A stretch of DNA of 57,651 nucleotides, the filler included, from Piptocephalis cylindrospora (Eukaryota), in assembly GCA_003614145.1 (NCBI GenBank). It is 5 parts of 5 records of this genome, joined end to end, with 100 filler letters (N's around TTAATTAATTAA, not from the genome) between each part and the next. Parts side by side here need not be neighbours in the genome. Positions count along the whole stretch, not along the records: positions 1 to 11,500 come from KZ987999.1; positions 11,601 to 23,090 come from KZ988000.1; 3 more parts are not named here. One strand, given 5' to 3'. A program made the translations under genes and the position numbers. This document shows positions 1-11,897 of the stretch, piece by piece. The notes under the pieces were generated by a model. It was given only the letters and a program-made list of their open reading frames with translations, ran no database searches and was not told where the DNA came from. The first letter of the stretch is position 1. Each line of letters starts with the position of its first letter.

Positions 1-1095
1 TAACCTCTTCTAGAGCAATACCCACCCGACCGAGAATCTGAGGGAGCTCAGGCCTATGGTCCTTGGCACATAGGAAAAGAAGAGGAAGAGTACAAGGAGA
101 CCCGGGAGGGGAAAAGTATTGAATGATCATTTGGCCCAGGGCCTGGGCATGATTCGCAGAATGAACATGATCCGGTGGAAACCCCAGCTCCCGGACTGCC
201 TGTGCCGTAGAGGGCCCTACAGTAAATACAGGGATTTTACTCCATGCTGAAATGGAGGATATGGGGCTCACTGACTCTGGGGAGGGTGGGATGAATCGGT
301 GCTGTTAGGGGGGGTGAGGTAGGGGAAAAGGAATAAGCCCAAGAAAAGGCGATAAAGCCTGGGAGATAGACAGTGGCTAGACGATGCGTATCCTGTAAAG
401 TTAAAAGGTGACAGAGGCGAGTGAAGATATGGGCGAGAGACTTTTGAACTTTGGCCTCATGTTGAGGATGAACATGGGCAATCTTCAAGAGGGCTTTGGT
501 CAGTCTGGATACAAGAAAGGCCGCAGGAATCTCATCTAGATGCACAGCACAGATGGGGACGTGGGTGAGAATAGAAAGTGTATGTAGCCCGGGATAACTC
601 ATCGAGCCCTTACTATCCAAGAGAACTGTATCATAGGTCCCATCCAAGGAGGACTCCAGGTAATGGAGGAGCTGTGGAACGGGGTCTTTATCGGTGTCCG
701 TGCTCGTCTCAGGCTGGGATCGGACTGTGTAAGCGGCCAAGGCGAGGATGGCCCTGATTGATCGATTGTCCTGATGTTTAGGGGGGAGGGGGAGGGGAGA
801 GGTATGAGTCATTGAAGAACAAAGGGATCGTTTTCTCTATTCAGAGTGAGGAATAGCTAGGCTCAATTTCTTGTTTGGGTTCGACTTACAAAAGCCAGGG
901 AGTCTCCCTTGGTGGTCTCCGATAAATTTGGGCACATACTCCTCAGTCGGGTCACCTCAGCCGAAGCTGGATCTGGGGGAAGGATGGCGGCTAAGCGCTG
1001 GACAAGCAGGGCGTGCAGGTCGGTTTCCCTAAAGGTGGAGTAGTGAGTAGTCCAGAACCGTGCCACAAGGGGTAGGAGCGATTGTGAACTGACAT
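1..1095 (-). CDS. STT4: Phosphatidylinositol 4-kinase type III alpha (Stt4/PI4KA), N-terminal part; multi-exon, runs off the contig start
   Basis: The spliced reading METDLHALLVQRLAA...RLRSMCP...AF|DNRSIRAILALAAY...VPQLLHYL...RLATVYLPGFIAFSWAY parallels the PI4KA N-terminus as I recall it (KLLCMCP...DERRRDAVIALGIF...VPYLLRLL...YAIPCLIGISRAF). GT-AG introns at 1093-1029 and 889-771 keep the frame. The kinase domain is not in the window. Confidence 0.65.
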
Positions 1096-2157
1096 GGTGT
1101 GGAAGAGGCTGTAGAATTCAAACCGGGGTACTGCGTATCTGGGATGAGATAGTAAGGGGAGAGATGGAGGGATGGTGAAGATAGAGAAAGAGAAAAGAGA
1201 CGGAAAGAAGAGCAAAGTGACGAGTAACGACAATTTGCCTCTCTCCCAGGCCATGACTTGGTTGGGCCCATATAGAGGGAGATTGAGGGAGGGTGATCAC
1301 CGCCACTCCCTCCTCCTGGGTTTCACCAGCGAGATACGCGCACCATGAGGGATGGTGATATGGCTGGTGGTGCTAGCTGTGTGGGCGGACACTCCGAGGT
1401 GTGTGCAAGCGTGACAAGTCCACGCATCCTTGCCCGTAGATGCGACGGGTTCTAGCAGGGTGCGGTATGTCGGATGCGGGTAAGGTGCCAGGCAAAAAAT
1501 GCCCCTGGCGACAAAAAACTCCCAGGGTGAATTTCCCTAGCCAAGATCGACCTCATTTACTTCGCCATAGTAGCCTATCCAGATCTGTTCACTTATAGTA
1601 ACCATAACCATAACCATATCTCGTACAGTCAGGGGGATAGGAGCTGTAATGGCTGCAGTCTAGAGAATTCGACTGCACTGCCACTTTTTGTCCTTTTCTA
1701 ATCATGGGAATCCATACAAGAAGGCGATAGAGGGGTAATCTTGGCCCATATACCTTAAAAGCCCTGACTATCCAGATCCACCAAGGCTACTCCTTTGCAG
1801 ACTACAATGAGTATTCCTTCGCCATTGATCTTGTCCTGCTTGGAGCACCTAAGCGGTGGAGACACAAAATGCAAGCACCGCACACCCAGTACACACTGAG
1901 GCTTTCTTCAGTACCGTGACGACTTGGTGGTTATGTTCCCCACATCAGTGCTCTCGTCCTTAAAAAAAGATCAAGCCCCGGTGAGTGCACTATATCCGGT
2001 GATTACCCCTGCTCCTTCCGCCTTTTTTTTTCTTTTCTTTTTCCTTGTCATCCCCCCCACAGTACTCTATCCTGTGGCAGCCCTGCATTCGTCACTCTAC
2101 TTTTCTAAAACTCGAGTATTGTATCCCTGGCCTCTTCTCCTATCCCTTCTCACTCGG

Positions 2158-5100
2158 ATGGACGCTCCTATTCAGTCATATCATGTGTACGACGGATCGC
2201 TGACCATTCATCTGGCATGTCTGCCTGAGCGAGTCTATATGCCAGAGCTCGTAGAGTACATATCTTCACGCGCCTATGGAGTACATGCTGTTATCGTGTA
2301 TGCCTCACGTAAGAGCCCAAATTCATCACGCTGGGTTGGTACCATTGCCCTATTGACATCTCCATTCACCCTAACCCTTCTCCCCCTTCTTGCTTCAATT
2401 AGGCGTGTCGGACAGACCTGTAAAGACTTCCTTTGCAAAAGTGGTTTTTGACAGTCCAGAGGCTATGCAAGCCGGTCTCACCAGCCTACAGAATGGGGTT
2501 TGTGGAGGGCAGTGGTGGACATGCAAGCCTCATCTGTATTCGAGTAAGCTACATACCAGACACTACCATATCCAACGTTGGCCTCGTCCCAGGAGGGGAG
2601 CCTCGCACTCGTCTAACATCAGCAATGGTAATATTACTAAAAGCGGTAATATACGGTCCTACGGGCCTAACCTGTATACTTTTGAGGCTGGGGGTGTTGA
2701 GGAGAACGACCGAACACCCCCTGATCAGGATGAATCCATAGGCCATGGATCTTCCATGACTTTCCAGACGACTGATTCTACAAATCCATCTGCCTATTGG
2801 CCTCAGCAGCCTCGTCTGCAGCATCCCCCACCCCCTTCTGTACATGTCGGCCCCTCTTTTCTCCATGCTCATCATACCTCTCAACCTCCTTCCCCGTCCC
2901 TTCAGTATCCTCCTTCCACGCAAAGTCGGGATGAACCAGAAGGCGTGGGGGGTCCATCCTTTGTTGGAGCTGCACGTCGTCATGTTTCCCTAGATAGTGA
3001 ACGAATGGAGAGTGGGCGGCAAGAACACCCTGCTGATGAGGGTGACGGTGGTCCCAATCTACCGGCCCCTAGGGACACTGAAGCGGGTATATTTACCCGG
3101 ATCGGCGGACCAGCAAATGATCAATTCCTGATCAACCCCGCCAGTCCCCGGACCCTCATGTACGACGCACCTCCGGTGAAGCGGGCTAAATACCGTGACA
3201 GCTCCTCTCCAGACCGAGCTGCAACATCTCCCAATATCTCGTTTATTCGATCCAATGGGGCACAGCATGGTCAGGAGGTTCAGGATGTCTCGGCTCCCTC
3301 AATGATATCTCCCTCGGTCAAATCATCCCCCTCCGGCACTCCTGCCCCTGCTTCTTCCTCTAGCAACGTATCCGCCAGGGATGATGATATTATGATTCTT
3401 GATGGCCCAAATCCATCCTTTTCCTTTCTTCAGGCAGGTAGACATCAGTCGGTGGCTCAGGAAGTGAATCCCGAGGTAACTTTTATTGGAAAGGCCGCAA
3501 AGTCAAAGGACTCTAGGGAGGAAACAAGGACCCAAGAATTAAAGCCCCAGAAGGGTGCTAAAGTTGGGGGGTCAAAGGCTCCCTCTACTACCACCGCTAC
3601 AGATGTCCAAGATGGTGAAGTAATTTCACTGGCCACTATGCCCAAGGAGGCTATTCCCGGAGGAAAAAAAGGAGGGAATATAGATACTGGCTCTATCGGA
3701 GTATCATCGTCCGAGGAACCAGCCCGTAAGTCCTCTCAATCTTTCATAAAGGTCCCGATCAGCAATCCCTCCTCGTCTCTCGCCGAAGGTTCAATTCGTG
3801 TCTCTCCTTCACCCTCTGTTAACAGTTCGATTGATGAATCTCCTCGGCCCTCTCCCAAAGCTTCAGTTGGTGTCTCTTCCCAGTCCTCTGCCGAGAAGTC
3901 AGCTGAATCTTTCTCTCCTCCTACAAAAAGACCAGCGAGCGCCCATTCTCTTTCAACCCTCGCCAAAGATCCGGTCAACACCTCTTCCTCTCCAACTCTC
4001 GTTAAGGATTCAGCCGACGTATGCTCTCAACCCTCCATTAGTACCGCTTTTACCGTTGTCAATTACTCAGCTTCAACTTTAGAGGAGGAAAGCGAGAAGG
4101 AAACGTCCACCGCCTTAGCACCTAAGGCAAAGCGAGCGCGATCTCCTCCCCCTTCATTACCATCTTCTGTTCCTACAGAGATCAATTTTCAGGTGAATGA
4201 GACCTTGCGCAGTGTGAGCAGCCTGCCCAAGGGCAAGCACCACGACTTGTTCTCCCAGTACATCGGACATCTTACCTTCAAGAGGGTCTTTTTTGCTGGG
4301 TTTCGGCCCGTTATGCCCAAGAAGGCCTTGAACACCATTTTTCGACCCTTTGGGACCATCCAGCGGCTGGTTAAGGATACCATCAACTGGGAAAAGACAA
4401 GCCTTCCTCCAGGTCAAGGGTACGTGGATTATACTCATGCCGACGATGCCAAAGCCGCCGTCATAGCCCTGCATTGGCAGTCCATCGATGGTAAGCGTCT
4501 GCGCGTCCTTCCTTTCGGCAACCTTCGTGCCTACTTGTTTGGCGTTGGTACGCCGGGGCCAATAGCCCATGCTTGCCAACTGAAGGTTGGCATATCCCAG
4601 GTCAAAGCATCCACTACTGCAAAGTGTGAGGACTTGAGTGAGTTTCATAAAATGGATGAAAGAGCAGTGCTATTGATGGCCAATGAGATGCTGGAGGCAT
4701 CAAAAGGTGGCTTCCTAGACAGTGTGGCAAAGGCAAATCAGGAGCCTGGATCTGCGGTATTAAAAGCCAAGCATGGTGAAATGCTTTCTACAAGAAATGG
4801 TGTAGTGGGGACACCTTTGTCTTCCCAGGCCAATTCCTCTCCGGTTGCTCTGTCGACCTCATCAGCCACTACTACCCCAGAATCCACTAAAACTAAACGA
4901 GTCAAGACGGCCTTGGCAACCACCAAGGGCAAGCCAGATTCCTCAACCACCATGACCAAGTCAGCTCTCCCTATTTCATCCCCATTGGTTGCCGCTGCGG
5001 TCGCTCCAGCTTCGAAGGAAACACAAGCGAAGAAGAAGGTCGCTTCTACTGTCTCCGGGGCTGAAACAGCTGCTCCTCATACCACAGAGTCTTCCCCCCC

Positions 5101-6367
5101 CATGGCCTCAGCGACCTCGGGCCCCCCAGCCCCTCCTACCACTACCGCCTCTGCCCTCTCTGGCTCGACTTCTGTGTCTACCATACCCACCGAGACCGTC
5201 TATGTGATCGAGCCTGTCGAGTCGAATAAGCCTGTGGAGAAGGTGGCTCGGGTTAAATATGAGCCTTTCTATGGGAAAATGGAGAGGCCAACTACCACTA
5301 CTCCTGGATCCAGGAGGTGCCCCATTGACGTTGATGTTGAGGAAGAGCAGGAGAAGAGGAGCATGAACGAGGACGAAGAGGAGGAACAAGGGCAAGGTAA
5401 AGTGGCTAAGAGTGTGGAAAAGAAGAGAGATGATGAGGCTATGGAATTAGGAGGGATGGAGGATATCACTACGGCTGATGAGGATGCGGTAATGAAGGAT
5501 GGTGAGAAGTCTCGAGGGACTTCACTGGAGCTTGATCTACCTTTAGGGCCATCCAATTGGACGAACCCAAAGGGGCCAACTGATGTAAGGGCAGCGAAGC
5601 TGTTGCCAGGGGGTGGGCGTCGCGTCTCTCCGGCCAGCAGCCCAGACCTGAATGATCTATCCGACTCGGAGATGAATGCAGGCAATGGTGGAGTGGAGGA
5701 AGAAGGAGTACTGAGGAGGAATGGCTTGCTTACTTTTTTCCCTACGCTCAAGAGCGCTGCTGTAGAGCCAAGAGTAGAAGAGCCTGCTTCCTGGGGGACT
5801 CATGACAATGAGCCTACGGATCCCAGATCATTCAATGGGACATCTTCCGGGATTGAGTCGGTATGTGACTATGAAGTCAACATACCTACTCAACCTCGGA
5901 AGATGCGCCTTACTGACTCGGCCAGATCTTCAATGAAGAAGGATTCGGGGACGATCTTGTCAACGACCCTCTCATCTCCCCAGGGCTCCAGCTCCACTCA
6001 TTCTCCAGGTCAAATGACGTCTTCTGGAGATGAAGATAGAGGGGCAGGGAGAAAGAGGCCCTCTTTTGATGCAGATGGTATGATGCGCACTTACCAGGAG
6101 ATCCTCCAAAAGACCATGTATCCCCCTGGGGATAGGGTTGAGGAGCCGGCCAGGGATCCACGTCCTTCCCTCGCCCGGCCCGACGGAGCCCATAAGAATC
6201 TAGGTCCATCGGTGCTGACGGGGGATGAGCGGGAGGACTTGGAGTTTTACAGGACGTTCTTCCGAATGTGGCAAGCCAACCATGCCTTTCTCGGGGCAAT
6301 GAGCCAGGCATGGAATGATCGGAAGAGAGGGAAGGGCGATCATGTGGGGATGGAGGAGGAGGAATGA
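2158..6367 (+). CDS. Large low-complexity RNA-binding protein with two RRM domains
   Basis: Exon 2158-2308, intron GTAAGA..TTAG 2309-2402, then the long ORF in matching phase. N-terminal RRM-like segment (TIHLACLP...SFAKVVFDSPEAMQAGL). Central RRM (RVFFAGF...GQGYVDYTHADDAKAAVIALHWQSIDGKRLRV). The rest is S/T/P-rich. Confidence 0.75.
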
Positions 6368-6899
6368 GCGGGCAGGGTAAGGATCGGATGTTGCTCCAAT
6401 GAAGCGAATGCTTCATTAGGGCAAGCATTATCGTGATCCGAAAGGGGAGGATATTGTCTGGCTGGACGGCGCGTGGTAGGAAGAGGGGCCTTTTATGGGA
6501 AGGAATCAGATCTTCAGTGTATGGCAGATGGATGTATTTGGCATGTCCCTTTCTCTCGGTAGCTGCTGCAATGTATGAACTCCGTGGTCCTTCTGTGTGT
6601 ATAGGATGGATGATGGTTCGTGTCTGCTATACTAATGTAGTGTAGAGCTAGGGAATATGGCCTTCTATGGGGTGAATTGCATTATCAGTATGTATAGGCG
6701 AGTGTCCTATGAAATGTGCAGTGTGGTTCTTCATTGTGAGACTTGATGGCTAGACTGGTAGCTACGCGTAAAATAACTGGTAGTAAATACTATCAAGACA
6801 GTTTATCCTCACCTTGGGTTCCAATCTGCACCCGCTCCTTACTGTTTTTTCTCCTTGTCTCATTCTTTAACATAGCAACACACAACGTAACGTAACAAC

Positions 6900-8739
6900 A
6901 TGTCAGAAACAACGCGACCACGTAGTCGACGGTCCACTGCGGGTAATAAGTACGGACTGCCTCCTTATTCCTTCCTTTGTATTGAAGGGACTAATCTCCT
7001 TCCCTAAAAACCTTCGTCATCATGATGGGCTAGAATGCAAGCCTTGCTGGCCCAAGAGCACGAGAGGCTTCAGGCTCAAGAAGGAGGAAAGATAGAGGAG
7101 GAGGAGGATGACGTGGATTATGTTATGACTGGTAAGAAGAGGTCATGAAGGGACCAATCTTGCTTAGGACGTTAGACTCATCTATCCGAATGGAAGGTAG
7201 CTGAAGTCAAGGATGTATTTGACTGGGACTTTGATCTACCCGAAGAAGAACCCCAAGAGGAGGGGGAAGAGGCGGGTGGGGTGTCCAAAGCAGCCGAGAG
7301 AGATGCTCGGGAGGAGGAAGCGAAGGAGAGGAGAAGGAAGGAGGAGCAGCGTCGAAGGATCCTACTGCGACATTCGGTAAGCTATCTGACCTGGATAGGA
7401 TGGTGTCTACCTGAGGATATGACTCATAGCATGGAAAATCTAGGGAGATATGGCAATGCACCTAGGAACCAAATCCACGCAGCATTATCTTGAAAAGGTT
7501 AAAAAGGAGGAAGGAGAGGGAATCGGTCATGGCAAGGAAAAATCCTCTGGTAATAAGGATATACTCTGTTTACTTCATAGTAGAAGAAATGGATAGAGAT
7601 ATTATTGAAGTGGTACTGGGATGGCAGTACTGACATGAATCCCCTTTCCAGTAGAAAAGATTACATCTTCTCCTGTACCGATGCTTTCTCGTCGAACCTC
7701 CAGCCGCGCTCATGTACGGGAAATGAGAATGGAAGTGGATGAGCGGCTAGAGCAGGATCGATTGCGTCAGGTAAGCTGAAGATGACATTGACGGGAGGGA
7801 TTAAGTAATGGGACATTCCTCATTCTCCATCCTCATAGGAGGCCATGGCCCAGAAGAAGAAGAGGAAAGAGGAGGGAGGGGGGGAGGAGAATGGCAAGCC
7901 CAAGGGAGGTATGTCCCAAGCAGAGAGATTCTTGGAGGCCAAGAGAATGGAACGATTGAATGAAGAAAGACTAAAGCAATGGGAGGCATGGGACGAGGAG
8001 AGGAGGGTCAAAGGAAAGGGGAAGAGGAAACGAGGGATTCAGGGGCCTTACTGGCAATTCCGATCCTTCTTGGAAGCCAGAGAATCAGGGAGGGTGGAGA
8101 TGGAGGAAGGGGAGGTGGTGGAGGTAGTGCGGGTTCCTGAGGTCCAAGTAGAGGACAAGATATCCCTCTATGTGATTCATTGCATGCGTGGAGCCCAGTT
8201 ACCTTATGGGCTTATTCAGTCGAGTAAGTCCTTGCTCTAGGAATGACACGTGTGGAGGGCTTTGATGTTGAGCTCATGACGTATTATTGCATATGTCTTT
8301 TGTCCATTGGATAGAAAACCCTAGAGGGCAAGAGGAATCCAAAGAATCTACCTTTCCCTATCGGGACCCGGTAACAGGTGATCAGTACCGAGATGCAGAT
8401 GAATTGAAACGACTGAGAAGTCGAGTGAGTCAAGGATGTCAAGGGGAAGGAGCAAAGGGGAAGATGGAAGGAAAGAGACAGGACGTGATGAAGGAACTGT
8501 CGATAAGGAAGCTGAGAGATCTAGAGGGAACCTTTTTGGATCAAGCACCATCGTTGGAGGAGACCAGTCGACAGGCCGAGAGCGTAGTCAAAGAGATGAT
8601 GCGAAAATCCGAGGAAAGACGAGTAGGGATGGAAAGGAGGAGGATGCTGGAGAAGGGAAGGATGGACGATAGTGATGGTGCCGAGGATGAGGAGGAAGAC
8701 GATGAGGTGATGATGATTCAGGAGGATGAGGATGCTTGA
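6900..8739 (+). CDS. VPS72: SWR1 complex subunit Vps72/Swc2 (YL1), multi-exon
   Basis: N-terminus [22 protein letters not shown], acidic DVFDWDFD motif, and C-terminal YL1_C-like PYRDPVTGDQYRDADELKRLR. Several GT-AG introns; internal exon borders not all resolved. Confidence 0.8.
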
Positions 8740-9689
8740 ATGAAAAGGGGAGACATGTTGATCTATTTCCCCTCCAAGGCTCTGATTGAGCACCAGCTTT
8801 GATGGGGCGTATAAGATACACGACTTACCTTGAGCGTGCCTCCATACTGGACTTTAATGTAGAATGTATAGGCGAAGGGGGGCAAGTGTCAGAGGACAGG
8901 TGGAAGGGATATGAAGGGACTTTACCAGGGCGTCGCCCGCTACAGTAGCAGCCTCCAGAGGCATTGACATGCAGGTCTATCGCACTAAAGATAGCAGATA
9001 AAATGATGGACGGCCTGACCTGATCCCCTTCATTCTCCACACGGGGACATCGGTGTCAAGGCCGTGGAGGAATGAACCAGGTAACGCCCGAAAGGGACAT
9101 AGGAGGGTTCACCAAACTGATGTTTTTTAGACTAAGAGACACCTGCTTACCTGGCGCAGGTCAAATGGACATATTCAAGCCATCCCTTCCGTAAACCGAG
9201 AATCTCCGCCTCATGGATGCTCTCCGGGCTTGGGAGAAGAAGGAAAAAAAAAAAGAAGAGAAAAGCCTATTCATCTGATCCTCATCAGATGGTGCATCAG
9301 AGACTAAGAACTGAAGATTCAGTCAGACGCCCAGGGTCTCCTTGAATGGGACATGGACCATCACATAGGAACGAGGAGGGGCGGGATGAGAAAGCCTGAT
9401 CGTTTCACTAGAGAGTCACCGCCCATCATTATCAGCCCATCACATTAGATATCGAATGGAGCCTTCTCGATCTATATCCGCCACTTCCATATAAGAGTCT
9501 GGTGAACCTAGTTGAATATATCTCCCTTTTTGCCCTGCCCTGTATCCCATCCCGCCCATCCCTATTACCCTTCTCATTCCATCTTCGGTACCTATTCTTC
9601 CCCCCCCCCCCTTCTCCCATCATCTTTATTCAATATCCCTCCCATCTTATCTTTCTTCAGGATCACTGGCCACATCTCTTTCTCAGAAT

Positions 9690-11049
9690 ATGAATGGTTC
9701 TAGGAACTATCCAAAGGAATCGTCAGCTTCAGCTCCAGCCTCTCCCATCCAAAGGATCAATCCTCTTTCTGGTACTATATCCATCATCCATCCCACCTCC
9801 TCACTTTTTACCACTGCACCTCCTGTGATAATCCGGGAGCCCGGGCTTGCCCGGGTGCCCGCTTTTGAACATGGTGCTCGGTCCATGACACGACCACGCG
9901 ACCGATCCCAGCCTATGCCATTTGGACCCCCGCCTGGTCTGGATTGGGTGGGGAGGGGGGGCATGCCCCGAACGGGCGCTGTTTCTGGTTCTCCGACTAA
10001 TCTGAGATCTCCGATCAGCCACTCTGCCCTTCAGATCCCAGGATTTGGAGGAAGGGGGGGGGACCAAGGGTGTATTGACCCCGTCTCCCACCATGAACGA
10101 GGGGATGGGGGAGAAAAGGGCCCCTGTGGCGACCCCAACTACCACCGTGGCCATGACCTTGCATGGGAGTTATCTTGCTCAGCCGCCTTATCCATCCATG
10201 GTCGTGGAAGAAGGGATGGGGGCAAACTCGGGAGGGGCCGCCCACGCTTCCGCCCCTCCTCTGTGGTCGCCGTCAGCCCAAGCGACCTGGAGATCAAAAT
10301 ATCCTCCTTGTTGGGGGGGCGATGGTGCTCCACCGGCTGGAGGAGCCCTATCCTATCTCACGCCTACCCTCCTGAGGCTCATTTCTTCCACCCCGAGCAC
10401 TATTGATGGTAGTGGCAAAGAGGGAGGAGGGGATACCCTACCTCCCGGGCTGACCCCCATCTCCCTTTCATCTGGTGCACCCTTGCCCTCCCAAGCTGCC
10501 CCGCTTCAGCACCAAAAGAGACACTCCAAGTCCAATTTGTACAAGACCGAGCTATGTAAATCTTACTCGGAGACTGGGCAATGTCGGTAAGTGAAGGGGT
10601 GTTGCTGGAAGAAAGAATGTGCGCCTACAATTGGTAGGGATAGCTCACCCATCTTTTCCTTTAGATATGGGGAGAGATGTCAGTTCGCGCATGGCCAAGA
10701 AGAGCTTTTGCCGGTGCGAAGACACCCAAAGTACAAGACCATTCCGTGTCGAACATACCAGGAGCGAGGATCCTGTCCGTATGATACCAGATGCACCTTT
10801 ATCCATGAATCATGCGAAGGGGAAGGGAAAGAGGGGGAGGATGTAGGGATTGAGGATATGGTGGAGGAGGGGGAAGATCAGCCCTCCTTGCTCCATTCAG
10901 TTCCTCATGATGATCTTTCAACTTCCCCACCCTCCTCCCCATCCTCCGTATCATCGTCCATGTCTTCCTCTAGACCACCAACCCCAAAGACCGCGCCCAT
11001 CATTCCTCTCTTCCGTGTTGCTTCGGGGGGTAAAAACCCCATGCCTTAA
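9690..11049 (+). CDS. Tandem CCCH zinc-finger ARE-binding protein (tristetraprolin/TIS11/Cth1-2/Zfs1 family)
   Basis: [26 protein letters not shown] and [26 protein letters not shown], joined across intron 10587-10664 (GTAAGT..TTAG). The 5' end is uncertain: the ORF from 9690 is out of frame with the finger ORF at a G9 run (10054-10062); an alternative start is ATG 10093. Confidence 0.9.
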
Positions 11050-11449
11050 CAAAGAGCGGACCATGATGGAATGGTAGCTACTACACACTCCTGCAATACA
11101 TCGACGACATCCAGATCCTTTTGCGCCATTCACATATCTACGTGTCATCGCCCCATCTCTCCCTTGTACATGTGCGCACTGGAAGACGTTGGGGACATGG
11201 TCTATACACATATACGCCTCCCCTTTATTCTCCAAAAAGCGGTTTCACTGACTGGATCATGTATACTGGGGAAGGGGGGAGGAAAGGGAGAGGGAGAGGG
11301 AGAGGATTCTTTCATGCCAATCATCTCCTAGTGATAATGCAGTAAAAACCATCCTCTCTCCCCCCTCATTCCAGCATCTTACATGCTCAGAGGCGCAAGA
11401 TGAGATGGACCTCATCACCCTACCCTAAAAGACACACACATTCCTCTTC

Positions 11450-11450
<1 letters not shown>

Positions 11451-11500
<50 letters not shown>
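11451..11500. repeat. 50-nt poly-C at a contig end, probably a sequencing or assembly artefact
   Basis: Pure C run directly against the contig linker. Confidence 0.8.
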
Positions 11501-11600
11501 NNNNNNNNNNNNNNNNNNNNNNNNNNNNNNNNNNNNNNNNNNNNTTAATTAATTAANNNNNNNNNNNNNNNNNNNNNNNNNNNNNNNNNNNNNNNNNNNN
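11501..11600. other. Artificial contig-joining linker
   Basis: N44-TTAATTAATTAA-N44, with stops in all six frames. Confidence 0.99.
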
Positions 11601-11897
11601 GGTAGTGGGCGGGGGCTGGATATCACGATTGGTAAGGGAAAGCAGATGTTGGATGTCATGATCAAGCATCCAGGTCTCCCTGGAAAGAAGGTGCTCCTCC
11701 TCCTCCTCCGCTGGCCAGGAGCAAAGAGCGGAGATGCACGAGAATATTGTTTGGATGGTACGGTGGACGTATGAAATACCAAGGGAAATTGGATGGAGGG
11801 GGCCATAGTTTATCCGTCTTACGGTTCTGGGAAGAAGGGGTTCAGAATCCTCGTCACCTCGTATCTGGGAGCGACGGAAGGGCATAGATTGACCCAT
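11601..11897 (-). CDS. Hypothetical protein, N-terminal fragment truncated by the contig end
   Basis: ATG-initiated ORF (MGQSMPFRRSQIRGDEDSEPLLP...) preceded by a pyrimidine-rich leader on the minus strand and open to the contig edge. No recognisable domain. Confidence 0.35.

Noticed and set aside
1599..1618. (TAACCA)3 telomere-like repeat
   Set aside because: Only three units, internal to the contig and not TAACCC; an ordinary microsatellite.
1653..1677. Back-to-back PstI, XbaI and EcoRI sites (CTGCAG TCTAGA GAATTC) inside a 7-bp inverted repeat, resembling a polylinker
   Set aside because: No flanking vector sequence is recognisable. Three adjacent palindromic hexamers are expected roughly 0.2 times in 57 kb by chance.
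9146..9154. CTTACCTGG resembling the U1 snRNA 5' end
   Set aside because: It lacks the full ATACTTACCTG start, and I see no U1 stem-loops or Sm site downstream.
11451..11500. 50-nt poly-C as a G-quadruplex or telomere-like structure
   Set aside because: It sits at the contig end, where long G/C homopolymers are a common read artefact.
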